Position numbers and translations under genes: made by a program
In this document: positions 8,030-19,637 of the stretch, piece after piece
How the letters are laid out: each line of letters opens with the position of its first letter
How positions within the stretch are numbered: position 1 is the stretch's first letter
NCBI GenBank assembly: GCA_934525675.1
Contig: CAKSZH010000011.1
Location: forward strand, 25,173-89,172
DNA from: an uncultured Eubacteriales bacterium
GTDB taxonomy: Bacteria; Bacillota; Clostridia; Oscillospirales; CAG-272
Length of the DNA: 64,000 nucleotides
Direction: 5' to 3'
Notes under the pieces: generated by a model
Seen by the model: the letters and a program-made list of their open reading frames with translations, nothing else
The model's database searches: none
Told to the model about the DNA's origin: nothing

Positions 8030-11000
8030 ATGCCGAAGAGAACGGATCTGAAGAAAATACTGGTCATCGGTTCGGGACCGATTGTCATCGGTCAGGCGGC
8101 GGAGTTTGACTACGCCGGAACCCAGGCGTGCCTTGCCCTCAAGGAAGAGGGGTACGAGGTGGTGCTCTGCAACTCCAACCCCGCGACCATCATGACGGAT
8201 ACCTCCATCGCCGACAAGGTGTACATGGAGCCGCTGACGCTGGAATATCTTGCCCGCGTCATCCGCTTTGAGCGGCCCGACGCAATTGTCCCCGGCATCG
8301 GCGGGCAGACGGGGCTGAACCTCGCCATGCAGCTGGACAAGAAGGGAATTCTGAAGGAATGCCGCACCGAACTGCTCGGTACCTCCGGCGAGAGCATCGA
8401 GCGGGCGGAGGACAGAGAGCTGTTCAAAAAACTGTGCGAGGAGCTGGGCGAGCCGGTGCTTCCGTCGGTCACGGTACACGAGCTGGAGGAAGGCGTCCGC
8501 GCGGCGGAAGAGATCGGCTACCCGGTCGTCCTGCGTCCTGCGTTCACGCTCGGCGGAACCGGCGGCGGATTTGCCGACAACGAGGCGGAATGCCGCACGC
8601 TTCTCAAGAATGCCCTGAAACTTTCCCCCGTCCACGAGGTACTGGTGGAGAAGAGCATCCGCGGCTACAAGGAGATCGAATACGAGGTGATCCGCGACGC
8701 GGCGGATACCGCCATCACCGTCTGCAACATGGAGAATCTGGATCCCGTCGGCGTGCATACCGGCGACTCCATCGTGGTCTGCCCGTCCCAGACGCTGACC
8801 AACAAGGAATACCAGATGCTCCGCGACAGTGCGCTCCGCATCATCCGTGCCCTGAAAATCGAGGGCGGGTGCAACGTGCAGTTTGCGCTGGACCCCCATT
8901 CCTTCCGTTACTACGTGATCGAGGTCAACCCCCGCGTGTCGCGTTCCTCCGCGCTTGCCTCCAAGGCGAGCGGTTATCCCATTGCCCGTGTGTCCGCCAA
9001 GATCGCGGTCGGCATGCATCTCGACGAGATCCGCATTGCCAACACGCCCGCGGCGTTTGAGCCGACGCTTGACTACGTGGTCACCAAAATGCCTCGCTTC
9101 CCGTTTGATAAATTCGCCACGGCAAACAACAAGCTCTCCACCCAGATGAAAGCGACGGGTGAGGTCATGAGCGTGGGCAGAACCTTTGAAGAGAGCCTGC
9201 TCAAGGCAACGCGGTCGCTGGAGATCGGCGTGTGCCACCTCTATATGGAGAAGTTCAACTCCTACTCCTATGACGAGCTGCTCGACTACATCTCCGAGAG
9301 CCGCGACGACCGCATCTACGCCATCGCCGAGCTGATCTGGCACGGCGCCGACCTCGGCGTGATCTGGGACAAGACCAGGATCGATATGTTCTTCCTTGAA
9401 AAGATCCGCAACATCATCGAAACCGAGACGCGGGTCAAAGCCGCGCCGCGCGATCTTGAAATTCTGAAGGAAGCAAAACGTATGGGATTTTCCGACGCGT
9501 ACATCGCTCATCTGTGGGGATGCGACGAGGAGGAGGTTTACCGGATGCGGGAGGCGCACGAAATATTCCCGGTCTATAAAATGATCGACACCTGCGCGTC
9601 CGAGTTTGAAAGCTATATCCCCTATTTCTACTCCACCTACGAAGAGGAAAACGAATCGGTCGTTTCCGATAAGAAGAAGGTCGTGGTGCTCGGCTCGGGA
9701 CCCATCCGCATCGGGCAGGGCGTGGAATTCGACTATTCGACGGTCCATGCGGTCAAGGCAATCCGCGAGGCGGGGTATGAGGCGATCATTATCAACAACA
9801 ACCCCGAAACGGTCTCCACCGACTACACGACCACCGATAAGCTGTATTTCGAGCCGCTCTGCACCGAGGATGTCATGAATATCCTGCACCTTGAGAAGCC
9901 GGAGGGCGTCATCGCGTCGCTCGGCGGGCAGACTGCCATCAATCTGGCGGCGCCGCTCACCGCGCGGGGTGTCCACCTGATCGGCACCGACTGCGATGCA
10001 ATCGAAAAGGCGGAAAACCGCGACGCATTTGAAAAGGTCCTGCTTGCCCTCGGTATTCCCCAGCCCAAGGGCGAGGCGGTTACCAGGATCGAGGACGGCG
10101 TGCGGGCGGCAAAAGAGATCGGCTACCCCGTGCTGGTGCGCCCCTCCTTCGTGCTCGGCGGCCGCGCCATGCAGATCGTCGCCGATGAGGAACAGCTCCG
10201 CCATTACCTCCGTACCGCCGTTGAGATCGACGAAAAGAAGCCCGTGCTTGTGGACAAGTACATCCAGGGCAAAGAGGTCGAGGTGGATGCGGTGTGCGAC
10301 GGGTGCGACGTGTTCGTCCCCGGCATCATGGAGCTGGTCGAGCGCACGGGCGTGCATTCCGGCGACTCCATCAGCGTGTACCCCTCCTTCAGCCTGTCGG
10401 ATAAGGTCAAAAAGACCATTCTGGATTACACAAAGAAGCTCGGACTCGGCATCGGCATCCGCGGACTCTTCAACATCCAGTTCATCGTGGATAAGGACGA
10501 AAAGGTGTACATCATCGAGGTCAACCCGCGCTCGTCCCGTACCGTGCCGTTCCTCTCCAAGGCGACGGGATACAGCCTTGCCGATATCGGCACCCTCGTC
10601 ATGCTCGGCAAGACGCTCCGCGAGCAGGGGCTGTCCTCCGCATACCCCGCGGAAAAGAAGCGCTACTACGTCAAGGCGCCCGCGTTCTCCTTCTCCAAGC
10701 TGCACGGGCTGGACGCCTACCTCTCCCCGGAAATGAAATCCACGGGCGAGGCGATCGGATATGACAGAAGTCTGACCCGCGCACTCTACAAGGCGCTCCG
10801 CGCCTGCGGCATGAACGTGGTCAACTACGGCACCGTGCTTGCGACCATTGCCGACAAGGACAAAGAAGAGGCACTGCCACTCATCCGCCGCTTCTACAAC
10901 ATGGGCTTCAACATTCAGGCGACAGCCGGAACCGCCGCGTTTCTCAAGGCACACGGTATCCGTACCCACGCGCTCGGCAAGATCAGCGACGGAAGCGAAG

Positions 11001-11212
11001 AGATCCCCGACGCGATCCGCGGCGGGTACGTGACCTATGTCATCAACACACGGGACATGAATTCCTCCGGCGTTTTGTCGGACGGCTACGAAATCCGCCA
11101 GTGCGCGGTGGAAAACAACGTGACCATGTTCACGGCGCTGGACACCGTCAAGGTTCTTTTGGACGTTTTGGAGGAGATGACCATCGGGATCTCCACCATT
11201 GACGGAGAGTGA
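8030..11212 (+). CDS. carB: Carbamoyl-phosphate synthase large subunit
   Basis: 1060 aa. Duplicated ATP-grasp halves ([21 protein letters not shown]... and [21 protein letters not shown]...). MGS-like C-terminus. Confidence 0.95.
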   Translation: MPKRTDLKKILVIGSGPIVIGQAAEFDYAGTQACLALKEEGYEVVLCNSNPATIMTDTSIADKVYMEPLTLEYLARVIRFERPDAIVPGIGGQTGLNLAMQLDKKGILKECRTELLGTSGESIERAEDRELFKKLCEELGEPVLPSVTVHELEEGVRAAEEIGYPVVLRPAFTLGGTGGGFADNEAECRTLLKNALKLSPVHEVLVEKSIRGYKEIEYEVIRDAADTAITVCNMENLDPVGVHTGDSIVVCPSQTLTNKEYQMLRDSALRIIRALKIEGGCNVQFALDPHSFRYYVIEVNPRVSRSSALASKASGYPIARVSAKIAVGMHLDEIRIANTPAAFEPTLDYVVTKMPRFPFDKFATANNKLSTQMKATGEVMSVGRTFEESLLKATRSLEIGVCHLYMEKFNSYSYDELLDYISESRDDRIYAIAELIWHGADLGVIWDKTRIDMFFLEKIRNIIETETRVKAAPRDLEILKEAKRMGFSDAYIAHLWGCDEEEVYRMREAHEIFPVYKMIDTCASEFESYIPYFYSTYEEENESVVSDKKKVVVLGSGPIRIGQGVEFDYSTVHAVKAIREAGYEAIIINNNPETVSTDYTTTDKLYFEPLCTEDVMNILHLEKPEGVIASLGGQTAINLAAPLTARGVHLIGTDCDAIEKAENRDAFEKVLLALGIPQPKGEAVTRIEDGVRAAKEIGYPVLVRPSFVLGGRAMQIVADEEQLRHYLRTAVEIDEKKPVLVDKYIQGKEVEVDAVCDGCDVFVPGIMELVERTGVHSGDSISVYPSFSLSDKVKKTILDYTKKLGLGIGIRGLFNIQFIVDKDEKVYIIEVNPRSSRTVPFLSKATGYSLADIGTLVMLGKTLREQGLSSAYPAEKKRYYVKAPAFSFSKLHGLDAYLSPEMKSTGEAIGYDRSLTRALYKALRACGMNVVNYGTVLATIADKDKEEALPLIRRFYNMGFNIQATAGTAAFLKAHGIRTHALGKISDGSEEIPDAIRGGYVTYVINTRDMNSSGVLSDGYEIRQCAVENNVTMFTALDTVKVLLDVLEEMTIGISTIDGE

Positions 11213-11324
11213 CGCCCCGCAGGAAGACCGGAAACACGGGAAAAGCAACAACAAACCGGCAGATCCGGACAGCCGGCAGACGCCGGCTCCGGAATATACA
11301 AGGAAAGGACAAAGGGTATACCGT

Positions 11325-12071
11325 ATGAAACAGGGCTTCTTCCGGGTGACGGAAAACCGTCCCCTGACTAACCCCGGAGGGGGTGGACAGATTTTTCTGA
11401 TGAAGCTGGAGGGCGACACACAGGCGATCACGCGCCCCGGGCAGTTCGTCAACCTGAAGATCGACGGGCTGTATCTCCGCCGCCCGATCTCGGTATGCGA
11501 CTGTGAGGGCGATACGCTGACGCTCATCTACCGCGTGGTCGGCAAGGGAACCGAACGCATGGCGGCGGCTGTCCCCGGCGACCGCTTCGACCTTCTGACG
11601 GGTCTCGGCAACGGATACGATACACAAAAGAGCGGCGACCGTCCGCTGCTCATCGGCGGCGGAGTCGGCATCCCTCCGCTCTACCTGCTCGCAAAAAGGC
11701 TGATCGCAGAGGGCAAACACGTTTCGGTTATCCTCGGCTTCAATTCGGCGGACGAAATGTTTTTCCGCGAAGAGTTTTCCGCCCTCGGCGCGGACGTGAC
11801 CGTCGCCACGGCGGACGGCTCTTACGGAGTGCGCGGCTTTGTGACCGACGCAATGCCGAAGGACGGGTACACCTACTTTTACACCTGCGGACCCGAGCCG
11901 ATGGAAAAGGCGATCGACCGCGTCGCCGTGACGGGCGGACAGTTCAGCTTTGAGGAGCGCATGGGTTGCGGCTTCGGCGCCTGCATGGGCTGTTCCTGCA
12001 AGACCAAATACGGAAACAAACGCATCTGCCGCGACGGACCGGTGCTGGAAAGGGAGGAGATCATATGGTGA
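11325..12071 (+). CDS. pyrK: Dihydroorotate dehydrogenase B electron-transfer subunit
   Basis: Internal ATG (MKQGFFRV...). FAD/NAD-binding fold. C-terminal [2Fe-2S] motif CGFGACMGCSC...C. Confidence 0.88.
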   Translation: MKQGFFRVTENRPLTNPGGGGQIFLMKLEGDTQAITRPGQFVNLKIDGLYLRRPISVCDCEGDTLTLIYRVVGKGTERMAAAVPGDRFDLLTGLGNGYDTQKSGDRPLLIGGGVGIPPLYLLAKRLIAEGKHVSVILGFNSADEMFFREEFSALGADVTVATADGSYGVRGFVTDAMPKDGYTYFYTCGPEPMEKAIDRVAVTGGQFSFEERMGCGFGACMGCSCKTKYGNKRICRDGPVLEREEIIW

Positions 12072-12976
12072 ACACAAGCGTTACGCTGTCGGGCATCCGG
12101 CTCGACAACCCCGTGATCCCCGCGTCGGGCACCTTCGGATACGGATACGAATTCGCGGAGCTGTATGACATCAACTGTCTCGGCAGTCTCAGCTTCAAGG
12201 GCACGACGCGGGAAGCGCGCTTCGGCAACCCAACGCCGCGCATTGCCGACTGCGAGGCGGGAATGCTCAACTCGGTCGGGCTTCAGAATCCCGGCGTGGA
12301 GGCGGTGCTCTCCCGGGAGTTGCCGCGCCTGCGTGCCTGCTTTCACAAGCCGGTCGTGGCAAACGTCAGCGGCTTTTCGGTGGACGAATACACAGAGACC
12401 TGCCGCCTCCTTGACGGGGAAGACTGTATCGGCTGGTTTGAGGTCAATATCTCCTGCCCCAATGTTCACGGCGGCGGAATGAGCTTCGGCACCTCGCCGG
12501 GAGCCGCGGCAGAGGTGACAAGAGCCGTCCGTGCGGCGGTGACAAAGCCGGTCTACATCAAGCTGTCCCCCAATGTAACCGACATTGTTGCAATCGCAAA
12601 AGCGTGCGAGGATGCCGGCGCCGACGGGATCAGCATGATCAATACCCTGATGGGAATGCGGATCGACTTTGCCCGGCGCAAGCCGGTGCTGGCAAACCGT
12701 TCGGGCGGATATTCCGGTCCCGCGATCAAGCCGGTCGCCCTGTCCATGGTGTACCGCGTTTACGAAGCGGTGCGCATCCCGATCATCGGAATGGGCGGGA
12801 TTTCGACGGCGGAGGACGTGATCGAAATGATGCTTGCCGGTGCGACGGCGGTGGAGGTCGGTGCGGCGAATCTCGTCGATCCCTTTGCCTCTAAGAAGAT
12901 CGTGGACGATTTGCCCCGCGTCATGGAAAAGTACGGAATCGAACATCTTACGGATATCATAGGAGGAGCACACTGA
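12065..12976 (+). CDS. pyrD: Dihydroorotate dehydrogenase B catalytic subunit
   Basis: [27 protein letters not shown]..., [13 protein letters not shown]. Overlaps the pyrK stop. Confidence 0.92.
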   Translation: MVNTSVTLSGIRLDNPVIPASGTFGYGYEFAELYDINCLGSLSFKGTTREARFGNPTPRIADCEAGMLNSVGLQNPGVEAVLSRELPRLRACFHKPVVANVSGFSVDEYTETCRLLDGEDCIGWFEVNISCPNVHGGGMSFGTSPGAAAEVTRAVRAAVTKPVYIKLSPNVTDIVAIAKACEDAGADGISMINTLMGMRIDFARRKPVLANRSGGYSGPAIKPVALSMVYRVYEAVRIPIIGMGGISTAEDVIEMMLAGATAVEVGAANLVDPFASKKIVDDLPRVMEKYGIEHLTDIIGGAH

Positions 12977-13686
12977 TGGGAAAAGACGTAATCATTGCCT
13001 GCGATTTTGCGGGCAGGGAAGAAACCATGCGCTTCCTCAGCCGGTTCGGCGAGGAAAAGCCGTTTCTCAAGATCGGCATGGAGCTGTTTTACGCTGCGGG
13101 ACCGGATATGGTAAGGGAAATCAAGAGCCTCGGATACCGCGTGTTTCTGGATCTCAAGCTGCACGATATTCCGAATACCGTCAAAAAGGCGATGGCGGTG
13201 CTCTCGGAGCTTCGGGTGGATATGTGCAACCTGCACGCGGCGGGAACCCGCGCCATGATGGAAGCGGCGCTCGAAGGGCTGACCCGTCCCGACGGTAGCC
13301 GTCCGTTGCTCATCGCCGTGACCCAGCTGACCTCGACGAGCGAGGAGCGTATGAAGAACGAACTGCTCATCGACGCGCCCATTGACGAGGTGGTCATGCG
13401 CTACGCGGAAAACGCTCGCGCGGCGGGGCTGGACGGTGTGGTCTGCTCACCTCTGGAATCCCCCAAGGTACACGCCGCCTGCGGGAAGGATTTTCTCACC
13501 GTTACGCCGGGGATCCGGTTTGCCGCGGCGGGCGGGTTCTCCAATGTCGGCGATCAGGTGCGGGTGACCACGCCTGCCGACGCGAAGAAGCTCGGCTCGG
13601 ATTACATTGTGGTCGGCAGACCCATTACCGCCGCCGAGGATCCTGTCACCGCATACCGCCGCGCGATCGCGGAGTTTACCGACTGA
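12976..13686 (+). CDS. pyrF: Orotidine-5'-phosphate decarboxylase
   Basis: IIACDF...[13 protein letters not shown] motif. 1-nt overlap with the pyrD stop (TGATG). Confidence 0.9.
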   Translation: MGKDVIIACDFAGREETMRFLSRFGEEKPFLKIGMELFYAAGPDMVREIKSLGYRVFLDLKLHDIPNTVKKAMAVLSELRVDMCNLHAAGTRAMMEAALEGLTRPDGSRPLLIAVTQLTSTSEERMKNELLIDAPIDEVVMRYAENARAAGLDGVVCSPLESPKVHAACGKDFLTVTPGIRFAAAGGFSNVGDQVRVTTPADAKKLGSDYIVVGRPITAAEDPVTAYRRAIAEFTD

Positions 13687-13773
13687 CACGCCGGGAAACG
13701 GATTGCCGGACGGTTCGGGAGCCGGATCCCAAAAAATAAAATCTGTACTGAAACGACAAAGGAGTATCAAGAT

Positions 13774-14421
13774 ATGGAAGCACGGGAAATGAAAATTGCG
13801 GAAGACCTTCTTTCGATCCGGGCGGTATTCTTCCGTCCCAACGAGCCGTTTACATGGGCGAGCGGCATCAAAAGCCCCGTCTATTGCGACAACCGCCTCA
13901 CCCTGACCGCTCCCGCCGTCCGGAACGACGTGGAGACCGGGCTTGCGGAGCTGATCCGCGAAAATTACCCCACCGCCGAGGTGCTGATGGGTACCTCCAC
14001 CGCGGGCATCGCGCACGCCGCGATCACCGCACATCTGCTCGGAATGCCGATGGGATACGTCCGCTCGGGTGCAAAGGACCATGGCAGAGGAAATCAGATT
14101 GAGGGCAAGCTGGAAAAGGGACAGCGCGTTGTGGTGGTGGAGGACCTCATTTCCACCGGCGGCAGTGTGCTGGAGGTCGTCAATGTCCTCAGAGAAGCGG
14201 GTGCCGAGGTGCTCGGCATCGTGTCCATCTTCACCTACGGCATGAAGAAGGGCAGGGAACGCCTTGCCGCCGCCGGTGTCCGGAACATCAGCCTGACCAA
14301 TTTCGACTGCGTTGCCGAGGTCGCCGCGAAGACGGGCTACATCCGCCCCGAGGACGTGAAGCGTCTCATCGCGTTCCGCAACAATCCCTCCGACGAATCC
14401 TGGATCGGAGGCGGCAGATGA
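13774..14421 (+). CDS. pyrE: Orotate phosphoribosyltransferase
   Basis: RBS AAAGGAG 9 nt upstream. PRPP-binding motif [13 protein letters not shown]. Confidence 0.9.
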   Translation: MEAREMKIAEDLLSIRAVFFRPNEPFTWASGIKSPVYCDNRLTLTAPAVRNDVETGLAELIRENYPTAEVLMGTSTAGIAHAAITAHLLGMPMGYVRSGAKDHGRGNQIEGKLEKGQRVVVVEDLISTGGSVLEVVNVLREAGAEVLGIVSIFTYGMKKGRERLAAAGVRNISLTNFDCVAEVAAKTGYIRPEDVKRLIAFRNNPSDESWIGGGR

Positions 14422-15368
14422 GAAGCCTCACGGACATCCGCGAGCTGTCCGCGGACGAGCTTGACGGACTGATCGCGGTCGCAAACGATATCATTGAAAA
14501 CCCAAAGAAGTACAGCGAGGCGTGCCGCGGCAAAAAGCTGGCAACGCTGTTCTTCGAGCCGTCCACCAGAACCCGCCTCAGCTTCGAGGCGGCAATGTAC
14601 GAGCTCGGCGGAAATGTGCTGTCGGTCGCGTCCGCCGCGTCCTCCTCCGCTTCAAAGGGGGAGAGCGTCGCGGATACGGCAAGGGTCGTTTCCTGTTACG
14701 CGGACATCATCGCCATGCGTCACCCAAAAGAGGGCGCGCCGCTGGTCGCCTCCATGCATGCGACGGTGCCGGTCATCAACGCCGGGGACGGCGGTCACAA
14801 CCACCCGACTCAGACGCTTGCCGATCTTCTGACCATTCAGCGTGAGAAGGGAAGGCTCGGAAATCTGACCGTCGGGCTTTGCGGCGACCTCAAGTTCGGC
14901 AGAACGGTGCATTCTCTTATCGCAGCCCTGTCGCGCTACGAGGGTGTGCGCTTTGTGCTCATTTCGCCCGACGAGCTGAAGCTTCCGAGCTATGTCAAGA
15001 AGGATATTCTGAAGAAAAACAACATTGACTACGTGCAGACCTCCGATCTTTCCTCCGTCATGCCGGAGCTTGACGTGCTCTACATGACGCGGGTCCAGAG
15101 GGAACGCTTCTTCAACGAGGAGGATTACCTCCGTCTGCGCGACAGCTACATCCTGACACCCGACAAGCTGAAGAATGCAAAATCCGATCTCGCCATTCTG
15201 CATCCGCTTCCGCGTGTCAACGAGATTGCGGTCGCCATCGACGACGATCCCCGTGCCTGCTATTTCAAGCAGGTGCTCTACGGCAAGTATATGCGTATGG
15301 CTCTGATCCTCAAACTTTTGGACATCCGCGTGCCGGATGCCGCCGACGGGAAGGAGGTGCGCGCATGA
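14418..15368 (+). CDS. pyrB: Aspartate carbamoyltransferase catalytic subunit
   Basis: Motifs [17 protein letters not shown] and HPLPR. ATGA overlap with pyrE. Confidence 0.93.
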   Translation: MRSLTDIRELSADELDGLIAVANDIIENPKKYSEACRGKKLATLFFEPSTRTRLSFEAAMYELGGNVLSVASAASSSASKGESVADTARVVSCYADIIAMRHPKEGAPLVASMHATVPVINAGDGGHNHPTQTLADLLTIQREKGRLGNLTVGLCGDLKFGRTVHSLIAALSRYEGVRFVLISPDELKLPSYVKKDILKKNNIDYVQTSDLSSVMPELDVLYMTRVQRERFFNEEDYLRLRDSYILTPDKLKNAKSDLAILHPLPRVNEIAVAIDDDPRACYFKQVLYGKYMRMALILKLLDIRVPDAADGKEVRA

Positions 15369-15793
15369 ATATCGACGCGATCAGAAACGGAATCGTCATC
15401 GATCACATCACCGCGGGACGCGGGATGGAAATTTACCGTCTGCTTCATCTGGATTCGCTTGACTGTTCGGTTGCCATCATCAAGAACGTGACGAGCGCCA
15501 AGATGGGGAAAAAGGACATCATCAAAATTGATGCCGACCTGCCGCTTGACATGGACATCCTCGGCTACGTCGATCCCGGCATTACGGTGGACATCATCCG
15601 GAACGGAGAGCTTGCCGAAAAGCGCCGCATGGATCTGCCCGAACGTCTGACCAATGTCATCTTCTGCAAGAATCCCCGCTGTATCACCTCTACGGAGCAG
15701 GAATTGCCTCACGTATTCCGCCTCTCCGACAGAGAGGGGCGCGTCTACCGCTGTCTGTACTGCGAAACCAAGGCGAAGACCGCGGAATCATAA
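15365..15793 (+). CDS. pyrI: Aspartate carbamoyltransferase regulatory subunit
   Basis: 142 aa. C-terminal zinc motif CKNPRC...CLYC. ATGA overlap with pyrB. Confidence 0.9.
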   Translation: MNIDAIRNGIVIDHITAGRGMEIYRLLHLDSLDCSVAIIKNVTSAKMGKKDIIKIDADLPLDMDILGYVDPGITVDIIRNGELAEKRRMDLPERLTNVIFCKNPRCITSTEQELPHVFRLSDREGRVYRCLYCETKAKTAES

Positions 15794-15821
15794 AACTTAT
15801 GTTTATCCGCCGCGGCGGCGC

Positions 15822-15907
15822 GGTGCCCGCCGGGAGGCTCGCGAAGCCCGTGCCGGGCGCCGCTTCGCCCCCGGATCCCGCGCCGTTCCGCGGCTCCCCC
15901 GTATTCC
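15822..15907. repeat. GC-rich dispersed intergenic repeat, copy A
   Basis: ggtgcccgccgggaggctcgcgaagcc...cccccggatccc...cggctcccccgtattcc aligns with 52681-52760. Confidence 0.7.
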
Positions 15908-15914
15908 TCAATAA

Positions 15915-15955
15915 AAAACGCCCGTACCTCTTTTTTCGGAGGTACGGGTTCTTTA
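15915..15955. terminator. Bidirectional rho-independent terminator between pyrI and the convergent acyltransferase gene
   Basis: aaaaaacg-cccgtacctc-ttttttcg-gaggtacggg-ttcttt: 10-bp stem with an A-run upstream and a T-run downstream. Confidence 0.75.
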
Positions 15956-15982
15956 ATTCTCTTGTTTGCCTGTATCGTTTCT

Positions 15983-16834
15983 TTATTTGTTCGCCGGCTC
16001 CGGCTTGACATCCACGTTCCCGAGACGCTCCTCGCAGGCGACCATCAGCTCTCTTGCCGCCGCACTGATTTCACGGTCGTTGTGCGTGCGGATAAATTCC
16101 TCGTCAAAGGTGCCGAGAATGTCCATACGTACCCGCGTCGCTCTCCACGGTCCCCGGCGGTGTACATCCCGGGAGCCCGACATATGTACAACAACGACCG
16201 GTACCTTCGCCCGCTTCGCGGCAAAGAATACGCCGTCGTGGAAGGGAAGCAGTTCCCCGGTGCGGCTTCTCGTCCCCTCCGGAAAAATACTGTAGGACAG
16301 TTCCCCCGCCTCCATTGCAAGAGATGCGTTGCGGATGGTGCGTACCGCGTTCATCGCGTTTTCCCGGTCGATCGGCAAAAACGCGCTTTCCTGCAGATAC
16401 CTGCCGATCACCGGGATCGCATAGTTCTCCGGCTTGGAAATGAACGCGAGTTTGTGGCGGCGCAGTTTAACCATCATGGTCATGTGATCGTAATTGGAAA
16501 GATGATTGGATACAAGCAGGAACGTCTTTCCGGGCTTCGGCAGATGCTCGGTTCCCGTCACTGTTACCCGGACCCGCATGAAGCGGAGGGCAATGGAGTA
16601 CGCCTCAATCAAAAGAAACCGGTAGAACGGGTTCTGCGGGCGGCGATCCGGCGAGGGCGGATCCACCTTTTTAATCGCAAGCGACGCAATGATCGCAAAA
16701 AGGAAAAACAGTGTACAAAACGCGACAACGTACCCGAAAAACAAGGGGATGGCATACAGAAAATGCATATGCGTGCAAAGCACGGTGACCGCTGCCCCCA
16801 CAAGGGACAGAACGGGAATCAGAACGGAAATCAT
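15983..16834 (-). CDS. 1-acyl-sn-glycerol-3-phosphate acyltransferase family protein (PlsC-like)
   Basis: N-terminal TM helices. HX4D motif NHLSNYD. FPEGTRS motif. Confidence 0.8.
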   Translation of the reverse strand: MISVLIPVLSLVGAAVTVLCTHMHFLYAIPLFFGYVVAFCTLFFLFAIIASLAIKKVDPPSPDRRPQNPFYRFLLIEAYSIALRFMRVRVTVTGTEHLPKPGKTFLLVSNHLSNYDHMTMMVKLRRHKLAFISKPENYAIPVIGRYLQESAFLPIDRENAMNAVRTIRNASLAMEAGELSYSIFPEGTRSRTGELLPFHDGVFFAAKRAKVPVVVVHMSGSRDVHRRGPWRATRVRMDILGTFDEEFIRTHNDREISAAARELMVACEERLGNVDVKPEPANK

Positions 16835-16844
16835 GACATCCTCC

Positions 16845-17438
16845 TCATTGAACGTTGCTCTCCGGGTGGAACAGCTGCGGAATCACCCGGATTCCCTCCA
16901 GCATCAGCCCGGTAATCAGGCGCGAAACCTCGTCAAACGGCAGCTGTTTGCCCTCCCGGATCCAATCCACGTAAACGGCGGCGGCGCCGCCGATGAAATA
17001 TTCCAGCGCGGCGGATGCGGCGCTTTCCCTGCCTTCCGGGACGACGATGGAGTGCAGGATCTGATCCTTGAGCACCTTTTTAAGCTTGTCCGCAATAAAA
17101 GTATAATTGCGCATGGAGACCAGATTTTCGAAAAACTGCGGATTGCTCGCGTAGAGGGTGTTAATAAATTGAAGAAAATGCTGCGGACCGAGACTGTATT
17201 CGTCGATCATCACGTCCTCAAAAAAATAGGCGATGCTTCCGACAATCTCATCCTCCAGCTCTGAGAGAATCTCTTCGGGGCTTGTGTAATGCGAGTAAAA
17301 AGTCTTGCGGTTGATGCACGCCGCGTCCGCGATCTCCTTGACCGTGATCTGCGACAGCGGTTTCTCTTCCAGAATTTTCAGAAGCGCGGACCGGATCTCC
17401 CGCTTGGTTTTGATGACGCGTTTGTCTTCCTGATTCAT
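16845..17438 (-). CDS. TetR/AcrR family transcriptional regulator
   Basis: Internal ATG (MNQEDKRVIKTKREIRSALLKILEEKPLSQITVKEIADAACINRKTFYSHY) gives the typical TetR HTH. The track ORF extends to 17510. Confidence 0.85.
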   Translation of the reverse strand: MNQEDKRVIKTKREIRSALLKILEEKPLSQITVKEIADAACINRKTFYSHYTSPEEILSELEDEIVGSIAYFFEDVMIDEYSLGPQHFLQFINTLYASNPQFFENLVSMRNYTFIADKLKKVLKDQILHSIVVPEGRESAASAALEYFIGGAAAVYVDWIREGKQLPFDEVSRLITGLMLEGIRVIPQLFHPESNVQ

Positions 17439-17538
17439 GCGCGATTCCTTCCGATGAAATTTTTGGAGAAGGTCACGGTTAAGTAACACATCCGTCCGTA
17501 TCTGTCCCATAAACCCCGTTCACGAAAACCCGTGACCG

Positions 17539-17567
17539 TTGACAACCTGTCCGGACTATGGTATATT
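17539..17567 (+). promoter_or_regulatory. Near-consensus promoter of the patatin/ACP/KS operon, divergent from TetR
   Basis: TTGACA (17539-17544), 17-nt spacer, TGgTATATT extended -10 (17562-17567). Confidence 0.7.
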
Positions 17568-17635
17568 ATAAACCACAGGAGAAGAAAAAGCAACACCTGA
17601 TACTTATTTTCCGTCTAAAAAATCGGAGGAAAATC

Positions 17636-18496
17636 GTGAGCGAGAATAAAATCGGACTGGTTCTGGAGGGCGGTGCGCTCCGCGGCGTGTTTACCGCGGG
17701 GGTGCTCGATTACCTCATGGAGGCGGGGGTGACGTTCCCGTATGTCGTCGGCGTTTCCGCCGGCGCGGGAAACGCCGCGGACTTCGTTTCCGGGCAGATC
17801 GGCAGAACCCTGCGCGTCATTACGCATGAGAACGCCGACCCGTACTACGGCCTCGGTCAGCTTTACCGGAGCGGTACTCTGCTTGACCTGGACATTATGA
17901 CATATGAATATTCCTACCGCCAGATCCCGTTTGATTTCGGCACGTATTTTTCTTCGCCGACCGAATGTGAGTTTGTGGTTGCCAACTGCGAAACGGGGCT
18001 TGCGGAGTATCGCAGTGCGGACGAATCGGAGGAACGGCTGCTTGCCCTGTGCAAGGCGTCCTGCTCCATCCCGCTCATCTGCAAGCCGGTCATCATCGAC
18101 GGTAACTACTTCCTTGATGGCAGCCTCATCGACTCGGTTCCCGTCGCCCACACGCTGGAAAAATGCGACAAGGCGGTCGTGGTCCTGACCCGGTACGGCG
18201 ATCAGCCTCCTACCGACTACGCGCGCATCCGGTCACTGCTCAACATCAGTTACCGTTCGCGCTTCCCGAAACTGGTGGACGCCATGCTCCGCCGTAAGGA
18301 GGTCTACGCCCGGCAGATGGCACAGCTTGAAGCCTATGAAAGAGAGGGCAGAGCATTTGTTATCCGTCCCGAGAGCATGAGCATCAGTCATTTTGAAAAC
18401 AATACGGAAAAAATCGGCGTGTTCTATCGCCACGGTAAAGAGGTCATGGAAAAGCACATGAACGATTTGCGGGCATTTCTGGAGGGCAGGGCATGA
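17636..18496 (+). CDS. Patatin-like phospholipase
   Basis: GTG start 5 nt after GGAGGA. Oxyanion motif GLVLEGGALRG. Nucleophile GVSAG. The track ORF starts at 17558. Confidence 0.85.
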   Translation: MSENKIGLVLEGGALRGVFTAGVLDYLMEAGVTFPYVVGVSAGAGNAADFVSGQIGRTLRVITHENADPYYGLGQLYRSGTLLDLDIMTYEYSYRQIPFDFGTYFSSPTECEFVVANCETGLAEYRSADESEERLLALCKASCSIPLICKPVIIDGNYFLDGSLIDSVPVAHTLEKCDKAVVVLTRYGDQPPTDYARIRSLLNISYRSRFPKLVDAMLRRKEVYARQMAQLEAYEREGRAFVIRPESMSISHFENNTEKIGVFYRHGKEVMEKHMNDLRAFLEGRA

Positions 18497-19161
18497 AAAC
18501 GCTCCGGAAAATCGGCAACGCAATCCTCACGGGACTTCTTCACGCAGTATTCTTCCTCTGGGGAGGCGTGACGCGGCTTTTGTATTTCCCGCGCGTGGAG
18601 TGGACGGACAAATCCGCCAAAGACGCAATGAAGCAGGGCGCGATCCTCATCTCCAACCACAAAAGCCACAAGGACGGCTTCTTTATCCCGCAGATGCTTC
18701 CCGCAAAACGCATTTATGTGCTGGTCACGCGGAAGTGGTATGACAAGAAGGGGCTGAATCCCATCTTCCGCCGTCTCAGATATATTCCGATCGACTTAAA
18801 TTCCCCCGACGGCGACAGCGAATGGATGCAGAAAACCGAGGAGGTTCTGAAAAAAGGACACAGCGTCCTCATCTTCCCGGAGGGAAAACTGGAAAAGGAT
18901 GAGGTACCGGAGCCGTTCCATGCGGGATTTCTGCTTCCCGCAAGGCATCTGGATGTCCCCGTGATCCCCATGGCGACCGTGGGTACATACCGCCCGTTTC
19001 ACCGTCAGATACTCCGTATCGGCTCCCCCTTCACCCCGGCGCTCCACGAAAAGGGTCGCCTCTCGCAGGTGCTCGGCGCCGCCTCGGAGGACTGCAAAAA
19101 TCGCGTGTTTTCGCTCCGCGACGGAAAAACACTTCCCGCGGACGACCGCGTGGGCGTGTGA
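18493..19161 (+). CDS. Lysophospholipid/glycerolipid acyltransferase family protein
   Basis: HX4D motif NHKSHKD and an FPEGK motif. ATGA overlap with the patatin gene. Confidence 0.8.
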   Translation: MKTLRKIGNAILTGLLHAVFFLWGGVTRLLYFPRVEWTDKSAKDAMKQGAILISNHKSHKDGFFIPQMLPAKRIYVLVTRKWYDKKGLNPIFRRLRYIPIDLNSPDGDSEWMQKTEEVLKKGHSVLIFPEGKLEKDEVPEPFHAGFLLPARHLDVPVIPMATVGTYRPFHRQILRIGSPFTPALHEKGRLSQVLGAASEDCKNRVFSLRDGKTLPADDRVGV

Positions 19162-19234
19162 CGCCCCCCGATTACTTTGTTTTGCAACCCATGCAAATAA
19201 ATTAAGATTGAATCGAAAGAAAGGAACCAAGGCT

Positions 19235-19483
19235 ATGAACGAACAGGAAATCGCAACCAAGATCAAGGAGCTGCTTTGCAGCAATCTCGGAATTGACGCG
19301 GATGCTCTCACCGATGACATCCCGCTTTTCAGCGACGGTATCGGACTCGACTCCATCGACTCGCTTGAGATCATTGCCGCGATCGACGAGACCTTCGGCG
19401 TTTCCATGACGGGTGTCGGCAAAGAGCCGTTCTACAACGTCAAGAGCCTTGCCGCTTACGTTGCGGCGCACATGGCAAACTGA
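19235..19483 (+). CDS. Acyl carrier protein
   Basis: 82 aa. Phosphopantetheine attachment motif GLDSIDSLE. Internal ATG of track ORF 19208..19483. Confidence 0.85.
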   Translation: MNEQEIATKIKELLCSNLGIDADALTDDIPLFSDGIGLDSIDSLEIIAAIDETFGVSMTGVGKEPFYNVKSLAAYVAAHMAN

Positions 19484-19637
19484 CGGGGAAAGGGGGCTGC
19501 CGCAATTTTTGTGACAGCCCCCGCGTCAGAAATCCGATCAATACGGAATTCCGTGCGGACATTCCGTTTCATATATTTTACGAAATAACCAGTAATAAAA
19601 CGCCGGCGGGTTTTGCGCCGGAAAAGGAGAGAAACAT

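Noticed and set aside
7871-11527. 1218-aa minus-strand ORF (plus 6790..8088 minus)
   Set aside because: It is antisense to the unmistakable carA/carB genes. Its composition is Arg/Gly/His/Asp-rich, typical of shadow ORFs in high-GC DNA, and it has no recognisable motifs.
17471-17537. TetR operator candidates (GGTCACG at 17471 and its inverse at 17531; TCACG-N6-CGTGA at 17520-17535)
   Set aside because: The inverted repeats are only 5-7 bp and either far apart or weak. That is insufficient to call an operator without comparative data.
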